Source: Bdellovibrio sp.
Lineage (GTDB): Bacteria > Bdellovibrionota > Bdellovibrionia > Bdellovibrionales > Bdellovibrionaceae
DNA length: 64,000 nt
Direction of reading: 5' to 3'
Assembly (NCBI GenBank): GCA_046318155.1
Contig: JBKCUU010000047.1
Location: forward strand, 10,433-74,432
The notes beneath the pieces are model-generated. The model was not told the DNA's origin, did not search any database, and saw only the letters and a program-made list of their open reading frames with translations. Position 1 is the stretch's first letter. The number at the start of each line of letters is the position of its first letter. This document shows, piece after piece, positions 53,683 through 62,267 of this stretch. The position numbers and the translations under genes are program-made.

Positions 53683-55260
53683 ATGAACCGGACGTTTTTG
53701 TTTTTCAAGAAATATCGCTGGGCGCTCCTCTCCGGAGTTCTCATGGGTACGAGCTACATTCCACTCCCACCATGGGCTTTGTTGTTTTGCTGGGTGCCAC
53801 TTTGGTATGACCTTGTGACCAACACCCGTTCACTGAAAGAAGCTTTCATCAAGGGTTGGTGGACGCAGTTTTTGCTGACGCTCATCGGGTTTCACTGGAT
53901 CGCTTACGTCGCGCACGTTTTTGGATTTTTTCCGTGGCCGCTCGCCATCGGAATTTTAATTTTGTTCGCGGCCCTCGCCCACTTGTACATCGCCGTCGCC
54001 GCCGTTCTTGCCGTATGGCTTCGCCATCGCTTTGGTCTAGGAGCCCTGTCGACGGTGCTTCTACTGGCCTGCTTTCAAAACTTAGGCGAGGCTTTTTGGC
54101 CCTCCATCTTTTCTTGGAATTTAGGATACCCACTCCTGTGGATCCATTCGGGCTGGGCCCAATGGGCCGACGCGATTGGATTTTTGGGCCTCTCCTTCGT
54201 TGTGCACCTCATCAATTCGCAGCTCACCTGGGTTTGGATTCGTCGAAAAACCAAGCCCGCTTGGATCTCGCTTGGGGTCACCGCCCTTTTGCTGGTGATC
54301 ACGGGCTTTACTGGCGTCTGGCGCAGCGAAAAATGGCAAGGCACCGAAAGCTTTAAAGCCACTCTGGTCCAGGCCAACATCGGAAATCTCGAAAAGATTT
54401 ATGCCGAGCGCGGGGTGGGTTACCAACGCGAAATTTTAGAACGGTATTTTGGTTTATCAAAACGTGCCGTCGCTCAGAACCCCGAGACCACCTTGCTGGT
54501 TTGGCCCGAGTCCGCGGTCCCTGAGTTTTTGAATCCCCATAACAGCGAGCGCCGCTATGCCCGCCTGTTTTTTGATTCACAACGCGAATTGGGCCGTAGT
54601 CTTTTTACCGGCGCCTACTCGAACGACCCCCCCGAGACCCGCCCCCGTGAGGATTACAATGGCCTGTTCTTGTTTGATGAAGTCGGAACTCCGCTAGCGC
54701 CGGGCTACCACAAAACCAATCTGCTGATTTTTGGCGAGTACGCACCGCTCGGCCACGTGTTTCCGATTTTACGAAAATGGAACCCGGGAGGAGAAGGTTT
54801 TGGTCAGGGCACCGGCCCCACGATTTTTCCGTGGCGGGGACTTAAGATTGGACCGCAAATTTGTTATGACAGCCTCTACCCACATTTTTCTCGAAATTTG
54901 GCTTTGCTTGGTGCCGATTTTTTAATCAACCTGACCAACGACTCTTGGTTTGGACCTAGCTTTGAACCTGAACAGCATCTTTACATGACGCTGGCCCGCG
55001 CCATCGAAGTTCGCCGGCCACTTTTGCGCAGCACCAATACCGGAATTTCAACCGTGATCGAGGCAACTGGGCAGATTCATGTTCAATCACCCAAGTTCGA
55101 AGAGTGGTTTCATACTTACGACGTGAAATACCTGAAAAGTGCCGACCTGACATTCTACACCCGCTTCGGAGCTTTTCTTTCCTTGCTCCCCTTGCTCGTG
55201 GTAGGACTGGTGTTAGGAATCGGAGCCCGTGGAACATCTCGACTGGAACGAAGTACTTAA
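53683..55260 (+). CDS. lnt: apolipoprotein N-acyltransferase
   Basis: 525 aa. N-terminal multi-TM region plus a C-terminal nitrilase-like CN-hydrolase domain (LVWPESAVP, FGEYAPL, ICYDSLYP, NDSWFG). Confidence 0.92.
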   Translation: MNRTFLFFKKYRWALLSGVLMGTSYIPLPPWALLFCWVPLWYDLVTNTRSLKEAFIKGWWTQFLLTLIGFHWIAYVAHVFGFFPWPLAIGILILFAALAHLYIAVAAVLAVWLRHRFGLGALSTVLLLACFQNLGEAFWPSIFSWNLGYPLLWIHSGWAQWADAIGFLGLSFVVHLINSQLTWVWIRRKTKPAWISLGVTALLLVITGFTGVWRSEKWQGTESFKATLVQANIGNLEKIYAERGVGYQREILERYFGLSKRAVAQNPETTLLVWPESAVPEFLNPHNSERRYARLFFDSQRELGRSLFTGAYSNDPPETRPREDYNGLFLFDEVGTPLAPGYHKTNLLIFGEYAPLGHVFPILRKWNPGGEGFGQGTGPTIFPWRGLKIGPQICYDSLYPHFSRNLALLGADFLINLTNDSWFGPSFEPEQHLYMTLARAIEVRRPLLRSTNTGISTVIEATGQIHVQSPKFEEWFHTYDVKYLKSADLTFYTRFGAFLSLLPLLVVGLVLGIGARGTSRLERST

Positions 55261-57556
55261 AAAAATCCAAAGCTTCGCGACCAGCGGAACTGCTCGTCTT
55301 ACTTTGCAAGAGCTGCCGCCCAAAAGCAATGCCGACGAAGCGCGGCTTCACCTCAACGATGTTTTTGATGCGATGACCTTGCTTTCGCATGGCCCGCGCC
55401 CCTTCATGGAAAGCCTGGATTTGTTTGAACCCTGGCACTCGCGCATCAAACGCAATGCGGTTCTCAAAGCGCTCGAGATCAAAGATGTGCGCAGTTTTTG
55501 CCTTGAAGTCATTGCGCTCGATGAGGTCTTAAAACTTTCAAACACCGCCTGGGCCCGCCGCACTCAAAGCCAGTTGATGGCCGCCGAAGAGCCCTTGTCA
55601 GCCATTGATCAGATCCTCACACCTCGCGGAGAGATCCGCAGCGATGCCAGCGAAAAACTGTACAACCTGTTTCGCGAAAAAGAAAATCTCGCCCGGCAAG
55701 TGGAGCACACACTTGACCGGTTAGTGAAAGACAACGACATGCAAACGTATTTGCAAGACAAGTACGTCACCACCCGCGATGGCCGCTGGGTTTTGCCAAT
55801 TCGAAGTGGCTCACGTCATTCGGTTGAGGGTGTCATTCACGGTTCGAGCCACACCAAGCAAACCGTCTTTATGGAGCCGGCCGGCGTCATTCCGCTCAAC
55901 AATCGTCTTCGCCAAGTTGAAGTCGAAATTGAAGACGAGATCGAACGTCTCTTAACCCAACTATCCGAATACCTGGCCACAAAAACTCTGGGCTTTACCG
56001 AATCGCGTTCACTTTTAAGCGAAGCGGATTCACTCTTGGCGCAGGCCCAGTTTTCGGTTTTGATCGAAGGCAAGGGCTTTGAGTTTAGCGATGAAGAGAT
56101 TCTTCTCAATGAGGTGAAGCATCCGCTCTTAGTCATCGCTCAAAAAAATCCGGTGGCCAACACGGTGCAAATGCCGCAGCAAAAATCGATCTTGCTGCTT
56201 TCGGGACCAAACGCCGGCGGCAAAACAGTGCTGATGAAATCAATTGGCCTTGCCGCGCAGATGGCGCGCGCGGGTCTTCCAATTTGCGCGGGCGAAGGAT
56301 CACGGCTTCCGTTCTTTGAAAAGATTTTGGTGGGAATTGGCGATTCGCAAAACATCGGCGCCGAGCTTTCGACCTTTGCCGCTCACCTTAAAGTTTTACA
56401 TTCGGCTTCTGAGCTGAAAGGTTTTCAAAATCTGATTTTGGTCGACGAGATTTGCGGCGCCACCGATCCCGAAGAAGGCAGTGCCCTGGCCCGGGCTTTC
56501 ATCGAAAAATTCTCAAAAAACAAAACTTTTGCCGTCGTGACGTCACACTTAGGGCCGCTCAAATCTGGTTGGACCGAGGATGACCGCGTTTTGAATGGCA
56601 GCCTCGAGTATGACAGCAAGTCGGGCCGGCCCACCTATCAATTTATTCAAGGGATCCCCGGCGACTCTCTTGCGATCCAAACGGCCAAGCGCGTCGGCGT
56701 GCCGCAAGATTTGATCGAACGGGCGATGACACTTTTGTCACCCGTGACGCGCTCTCGGCTCGCGGGGCTTGAGCAAATTGAACAAATTAAGAGTGATCTG
56801 CATTTGCTGCAAGACTCGTTGAAACGCGAGAAATCAAAGACCTTTGCCGAAAAAGAGAAATACCAAAAACTTTTAGCCGAGCACGAAAAAGACAAAGAAA
56901 ATCTGCTGGCCAAGGCTGTGCGCGAAGCGCAGAAAAAAGTCGATGAACTGATCAGCCAGGCCCGCGCGGATGAGACCTTCAAAAAGCACCGCAGCTTGCA
57001 AGAGATCAAGCACCAGCTCCCCGAGATCGTCAAATCTCGGGCGGGCGTGACCCAACAAGTGACCGCCGTCACCACCTCTGAAGAGTTTGGCAAACGCTTC
57101 CCGCCCGGCACCAAAGTTTATATTCCCAGCCTTGGGCAAGACGGCGTGATTCAAAGTACACCCAACGGCAAAGGCGAGATCTTGGTCATGTCCAATTCGA
57201 TCCGCCTTTCGCTCCCGTGGAGCGAACTCAAACCGCCGATGGTGGCAAGCAATCCCACCGCCGAAATTTTGCGCCGCTCAGGCCCCGTCACGGTCGCCCT
57301 TCATGATTCGGACCGAGTCATCGACTTGCGCGGCATGACCGTTGAAGAATCGATTGAGCAACTTGAAATGAGTCTTGATCAAGCGTCAGCATCTCAAGAA
57401 GACCGAATAAAAATTGTCCATGGTCACGGAACCGAGGCTCTCAAAAAAGCGGTTCGCACTTACTTGTCTCGTAGCGTTTACGTTAAAAAATGGAAAGCGG
57501 GCTCGCCCGAGCAAGGCGGCGACGGCGTCACTTGGGCTGAACTTGGCGACGCTTGA
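55229..57556 (+). CDS. mutS2: endonuclease MutS2 (with C-terminal Smr domain)
   Basis: LLLSGPNAGGKTVLMKS, LVDEICGATDPEEGSAL, and the C-terminal Smr IDLRGMTVEESIEQLEMSLDQA...IKIVHGHGTEALKKAVRTYL. GTG start overlapping lnt by 32 nt. Confidence 0.93.
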   Translation: MEHLDWNEVLKKIQSFATSGTARLTLQELPPKSNADEARLHLNDVFDAMTLLSHGPRPFMESLDLFEPWHSRIKRNAVLKALEIKDVRSFCLEVIALDEVLKLSNTAWARRTQSQLMAAEEPLSAIDQILTPRGEIRSDASEKLYNLFREKENLARQVEHTLDRLVKDNDMQTYLQDKYVTTRDGRWVLPIRSGSRHSVEGVIHGSSHTKQTVFMEPAGVIPLNNRLRQVEVEIEDEIERLLTQLSEYLATKTLGFTESRSLLSEADSLLAQAQFSVLIEGKGFEFSDEEILLNEVKHPLLVIAQKNPVANTVQMPQQKSILLLSGPNAGGKTVLMKSIGLAAQMARAGLPICAGEGSRLPFFEKILVGIGDSQNIGAELSTFAAHLKVLHSASELKGFQNLILVDEICGATDPEEGSALARAFIEKFSKNKTFAVVTSHLGPLKSGWTEDDRVLNGSLEYDSKSGRPTYQFIQGIPGDSLAIQTAKRVGVPQDLIERAMTLLSPVTRSRLAGLEQIEQIKSDLHLLQDSLKREKSKTFAEKEKYQKLLAEHEKDKENLLAKAVREAQKKVDELISQARADETFKKHRSLQEIKHQLPEIVKSRAGVTQQVTAVTTSEEFGKRFPPGTKVYIPSLGQDGVIQSTPNGKGEILVMSNSIRLSLPWSELKPPMVASNPTAEILRRSGPVTVALHDSDRVIDLRGMTVEESIEQLEMSLDQASASQEDRIKIVHGHGTEALKKAVRTYLSRSVYVKKWKAGSPEQGGDGVTWAELGDA

Positions 57557-57772
57557 CGAAGCTGAGAGCTGGAAAGTGTCGAAGAAAATCGGGTGTTCGT
57601 TTTCACTGGTCGCCTGTCTATACATCAGGCACTCCCTTCAGTACGCAGGACCTTGCCGTTAGTTTCGTTTCATAATGAGATACGCAAACACCTGAAATCA
57701 TTTGCTTTTAGTAAAATTTCAGGGTGAGACATGGCACTCCCCTTGCTCCCTTAGACAAGCATCGGGGGATGT

Positions 57773-58504
57773 ATGAAACGCAAGTCGATCAAAATTGCTT
57801 TTTTCGCGAGCCTGTCTGTGTTGCTTCTCTCGGGGTGCGGAGCTCAGAAATTTCAAACCAACTCGAGCGGCCCCACCTCGGGAAGCCTGACGCTGGGATC
57901 GACCAGCGCGGCGGCGGCAAAGTGCAGTCATGATATCGATAACTTAACGAACCTCAGTACTCGACTTAAAGTTTATGAAGATGGCACCTCTGGAATTCGA
58001 AACGATTTGATTCGCGTTAAATTCAATCGCTTTCCGACTGAATTTACCAATGCAGCGGATGCCATCAAACTTTGGACTCGCACCGTTGATGGCAATGGAA
58101 CATGGGGCACTTGGCACGCGGTTTCGTTTTATGTCGAGCGTTACACAACAAGTGGCATTGTGCGCTCACCTTACAAATACATGGATTTAACTTGGGCACA
58201 AATGCAACAGCTTGGAACTTATTTTGGAGTTCCTGCCAAAACGGCAACTGAGTTTTTAAATTCTGTGGTTTTGCTCGCTGAACTGGGTGACTTAAACGTC
58301 GCCAAAGTTTTGACGACCAAAGTTTATATGAGTGCAACGTCGCCCGAAGTCACCACTTTGATTCCCCAGTTTAAGGCCAATCCTCGAGAGTACGCCAAGG
58401 ACCACCCAAAGGCCTTGCTTGATCTGCACCCCTTAGCTTACCTCTGGAACAACAACTACAGCGAAGATCAGTACGCCTTTGAGGCCAATCAGTTTTGTTT
58501 TTAA
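57773..58504 (+). CDS. hypothetical lipoprotein
   Basis: Lipobox MKRKSIKIAFFASLSVLLLSGC. No recognised domain. Confidence 0.65.
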   Translation: MKRKSIKIAFFASLSVLLLSGCGAQKFQTNSSGPTSGSLTLGSTSAAAAKCSHDIDNLTNLSTRLKVYEDGTSGIRNDLIRVKFNRFPTEFTNAADAIKLWTRTVDGNGTWGTWHAVSFYVERYTTSGIVRSPYKYMDLTWAQMQQLGTYFGVPAKTATEFLNSVVLLAELGDLNVAKVLTTKVYMSATSPEVTTLIPQFKANPREYAKDHPKALLDLHPLAYLWNNNYSEDQYAFEANQFCF

Positions 58505-58879
58505 AGCATAAAGATGCCGTTTGCAAACAGGCCCGCCTGGGAAGGATTCACAAATTCTAACTATGAACACCTGGCAAGGCTTTATTCTTTTGATATTGTT
58601 TGATCTGACTAGGCTTCTGAAAAGTCGCAGGAACTTTGGGCCTTGATCAGACCCCAAGTGATCGAAACAATTCGCCTTAAACACAAAAAAAATCAGTGAC
58701 CGTCCGGTGGACTGCAAGACCCTTGATCGCCTGATCAAATCGTGGGCAGGCGCAAACCATAATTTGTCACCTCAATCCTTTTTAGTTACAGCCGAGATGG
58801 CAGAAAAACTGCCGTCTCTTGCCCAGCATCCTTGTCATTTTATGGCATTTCTTTTGAAGAGGAGTTCCTTAGGAGATCC

Positions 58880-60037
58880 ATGCGCCTCATCGTCGTCATT
58901 TTTAGCTTTTGGTTGTTCCTACCGCAGGCTTTCGCCCAAACGGCCGCCTGTTCATCCCTGTATTCGACAACTCCAGCAAAGGCCTGGCTCGAGGAGCGAA
59001 TTGTCCAAGTGATCACGAGCCAACTTTTGAACCCAAAAACTCCGAGCCTATCGAAGGCCGGCAGCCGCCCGGCAGAAGTCAATGTCACCGAGGCGACACG
59101 CAATGCACTTTTGGCTGAAGCGATCTACGGGACGGGCTTGGTTGAAGCCTCCACCTACTCACGCTTGATGAGCGACAAGCTGTTTCAGGTGAAATATCTG
59201 TCTCAAGTAACCCCCGACGTTGCCGCTTATTTTCCTCGAACATTTGGCTTCCGTGAGTTTCTTGGACGCCACGGTCTTTTGACTTCACGAGGGCAGCTCT
59301 CTGGAAATGAAACTCAAATTTTTCAAGCATTTCAACGAGAGTTTCCTGAAGGTTTTGTCGTCAAGCCGGTCGCTGGGTACAACACAGCCGGCAAGGGTTT
59401 TTACATCAATGAAGCTCGAGTCCTGGTCCAAGATCTTCTAAAAGATCCCAATAAGTTTTTAGGATCTGACAGCAGTTTTTTATTTTCTAGTCCCGAGCTT
59501 GGACTTGCCTCTGGTGAGGGTTGGCTTGTGCAGCAATTGCTCCAAGCTAAAGTCAAGGGTCTCCCCATTTCCGGAAAACCACCTGAATACCGGGTTCACA
59601 CGTATCAAAAGCACGTGGTTCCCCAGGCAACCGAATCCCGATGGCTGGTTGCTGGCGAAAAAAATTTTCCAGAAGTAAACGCTTACGTGCAAAAGTTTTT
59701 GGACCGTATTCCAGACGCGCACTTGGCAAAACAAGCTTGGGGTCTGGATGTGGTGCAGCTCGGTCCTGGTGAATTTCGCATTATCGAAATCAACACCAAT
59801 CGCGGCCAACCCATTCAATGGAGTGGTTACTTGCTCTCGGGCTTGCAATTGGGTGCTCATGTTCGCCACTGGGAAGCGGTTGGAGTTTTAAAATTGAACG
59901 GTCCTACGGCTGAACCCTTTCGTCGAAACCGCGCCAATCTCGAAAGCTGGATCCGCAAAGAAGGCCGAGACGCCGTGATTCAAGATCTTCGTATCAATGA
60001 TCCCGAACTTGCCCGTGAGGTTGAAAATGAAATCTAG
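58880..60037 (+). CDS. signal-peptide-bearing ATP-grasp-like protein
   Basis: AGGAGA RBS before the ATG at 58880. Signal peptide MRLIVVIFSFWLFLPQAFA. ATP-grasp-like blocks GFVVKPVAGYNTAGKGFYI, WLVQQLLQ, EYRVHTYQKHVV and WGLDVVQLGPGEFRIIEINTNRG. Confidence 0.6.
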   Translation: MRLIVVIFSFWLFLPQAFAQTAACSSLYSTTPAKAWLEERIVQVITSQLLNPKTPSLSKAGSRPAEVNVTEATRNALLAEAIYGTGLVEASTYSRLMSDKLFQVKYLSQVTPDVAAYFPRTFGFREFLGRHGLLTSRGQLSGNETQIFQAFQREFPEGFVVKPVAGYNTAGKGFYINEARVLVQDLLKDPNKFLGSDSSFLFSSPELGLASGEGWLVQQLLQAKVKGLPISGKPPEYRVHTYQKHVVPQATESRWLVAGEKNFPEVNAYVQKFLDRIPDAHLAKQAWGLDVVQLGPGEFRIIEINTNRGQPIQWSGYLLSGLQLGAHVRHWEAVGVLKLNGPTAEPFRRNRANLESWIRKEGRDAVIQDLRINDPELAREVENEI

Positions 60038-62267
60038 CCCACTCTTTTTTCTTTTCTCCGTCATTGGATTTTTGGTTGCTCCCTCTCTCACGGTGGCCGC
60101 CCCCTTTTGCGGACAAGTTTTCCGCTCCATCGAGACTCAAGGCCCCGCCAAGACGGCCCCAGATTTTACATCTGTCCTTCGGTTTGACGAAAACGGTTTT
60201 GTCTTTGCCCGCGGCGCTAAAGGCAAAGATCAAGAGGTGCAGTTTGGCTTTGAATCCGAGTACACCGCTCACGAACTAGGGCCGATGACAAAATTTTATG
60301 GACCAGACCCTGTTTCCTCCGGCATCTCCGCACAGGCTTGGAAGGCGACCCCGATCGAGGGCCGCCTCGCTTGGGTCCTCGCCAAGTTGAAGACCATTCC
60401 CTATGGGGCAAAAGAAACAGTTCTTGTTCGCCTTGATAAAGACCCATCCTTGGCTTTTTTGCCGGAAACGCTGATTAAGGACGATACCGGCAACGTTGAA
60501 GTTATTCTGTCGCCAGTCTCGAGCTTTGAGGTTTGGAAAAACCAAATGCAATGGATCAATCGCAATTTGGGTGTGGGCTCCATGCAAGCGATGATCAGTC
60601 AGCCTCGCGGCACTTTTTTTCCCCAGGCCGATGGGCCCATGGCGACAGTCATTTATAAAGAGAATAAGGGTTTCTTTAACTTTGTCCATGAAAGCGATGC
60701 CCTTGATCGCATGGCCCGCGGAGCCGAAAAATACCAAGCAGATCCCTCTAAAGAGGTGATGCGGCCGTTTCTGCATCCTTACTTGGGACCGATGATTGAG
60801 TTTCGCCACAAACGAATGCGTAAAGCCATGTTCGAACACGCGCAAGGCAAAGACCTCGAACAGGCCACTCTCGAAGCCATCGTTCGGCGCGAACAGTCCT
60901 TTAAGTACATTGGCTCGACCGCTTATCGCCCTGACATTGGCGCTCCCACGCGCATCTCGCAAGAAGTCCGCGATGCCCACAAAGATGAGGATGTTCTGAT
61001 CGAGCGTGTGAAAAGATCAATGGTTTACATGCAAGAAGGCCGGTCCCACTTTTTACGTGCGGCGGACATTAAGCCGTTCGACAGTGAAGTTCAGTTCAAC
61101 AATCTGACGCCTCAGGTGCAAAACTTCTTGAAAACAGTTTTCCCGCACAAGGCTCCTGCACGCGTTCAAGAGTTCGAAAATGCTTTGTTTGTTCACGAGA
61201 CGTACCGCAATTTTGCGTACCCCTTACATCAGTTTCGGCCTTGGTTGGCCTTTATGAACCGCATGGACCTCGTGAAAACGGTTGAACAGGCGCAAAATCG
61301 TTACCGCGAAAAGCTCGAGAGCCTGGCGGAACAACTCGAAGCGGGCTCTGTCACCAAAGAAGACGCCAGTCGCCTCGCTCAAGGTGCCTTGGCTCAATTC
61401 GCAGTCGAAAGTAAACTGAGCGACGCCTTCAAAAATTATGAGGCTGAATTCCTTCGCAAAGCTTCAAGAGAGCGCTCGACGACCCAAACTTTGGATCAGC
61501 CGGCGCGCGCCCTCGAAGCACGTCTGATCTTGCTGACCGATCGTTGGCAAGAAAACGTGCAAATGGTTTCAAACGTTCGGTTCAGACACAAAGACGAAAA
61601 TCAAAAAAATGCAGCGGACCGCCGAATTTTGGTGGTTTCGACACATGGACTTTCAGGGGGTCAAAAAGAAAATCTCAAGACCGATTACCTCAATCTTTTG
61701 ATTGGCGGAACGGTTTCATTCCCTCTGAAAGAGCGAGCAACACATCTCTTAGTCCGAGTGAACGAAATGATCTACGACTTGGGCTTTTGGCCCACTCCTC
61801 ACTTTCCACGGTTTCGAGTGAAGGACTACCAACTTCCGCGTGGTCCTCGTCTTGAATCTGTTGTCCTGCTCTCGCGCGTCGAAGAATCGCGTCTGAAGCA
61901 GTATATTGAAAATGTTCAGGAAAGCCGTTCAAAAGTTTTGGGAGCATTTGCCTACCGAGGCGCCCCCGAAACGCGCGGGACACTGACTGACAATCGCAGC
62001 CTTGGCTGCGGTCACAACTGCACGACCTGGATCGCAACTTCTCCCATCGGCGCAAAAAATGAGTCGCTCTTGAACTTGCTGAACGCCGAAGGCGCGGTTC
62101 CTTGGATTGCGCAAAATCCAGGCTGGCTGACGTCCTGGCTGACAGCAAGTGCTCCCAGCGAGCGCGTGCCTTTTTTGGTTTATTGGACTGACAAGCCCCT
62201 TGCCGAAACGTTGAAATCCAAAGTCAAAGAGAACGAACTTTTAGAATGGGATTTTAACAAAAAATAA
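60027..62267 (+). CDS. large secreted hypothetical protein (GS-like amidoligase-type motifs N-terminally, NC..W cysteine motif C-terminally)
   Basis: 746 aa. The ATG at 60027 overlaps the upstream stop by 11 nt. Signal peptide MKSSPLFFLFSVIGFLVAPSLTVAAP. Motifs FGFESEY, GNVEVILSP, GSMQAMIS, SQEVRDAH and later LGCGHNCTTWIA. Confidence 0.6.
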   Translation: MKSSPLFFLFSVIGFLVAPSLTVAAPFCGQVFRSIETQGPAKTAPDFTSVLRFDENGFVFARGAKGKDQEVQFGFESEYTAHELGPMTKFYGPDPVSSGISAQAWKATPIEGRLAWVLAKLKTIPYGAKETVLVRLDKDPSLAFLPETLIKDDTGNVEVILSPVSSFEVWKNQMQWINRNLGVGSMQAMISQPRGTFFPQADGPMATVIYKENKGFFNFVHESDALDRMARGAEKYQADPSKEVMRPFLHPYLGPMIEFRHKRMRKAMFEHAQGKDLEQATLEAIVRREQSFKYIGSTAYRPDIGAPTRISQEVRDAHKDEDVLIERVKRSMVYMQEGRSHFLRAADIKPFDSEVQFNNLTPQVQNFLKTVFPHKAPARVQEFENALFVHETYRNFAYPLHQFRPWLAFMNRMDLVKTVEQAQNRYREKLESLAEQLEAGSVTKEDASRLAQGALAQFAVESKLSDAFKNYEAEFLRKASRERSTTQTLDQPARALEARLILLTDRWQENVQMVSNVRFRHKDENQKNAADRRILVVSTHGLSGGQKENLKTDYLNLLIGGTVSFPLKERATHLLVRVNEMIYDLGFWPTPHFPRFRVKDYQLPRGPRLESVVLLSRVEESRLKQYIENVQESRSKVLGAFAYRGAPETRGTLTDNRSLGCGHNCTTWIATSPIGAKNESLLNLLNAEGAVPWIAQNPGWLTSWLTASAPSERVPFLVYWTDKPLAETLKSKVKENELLEWDFNKK

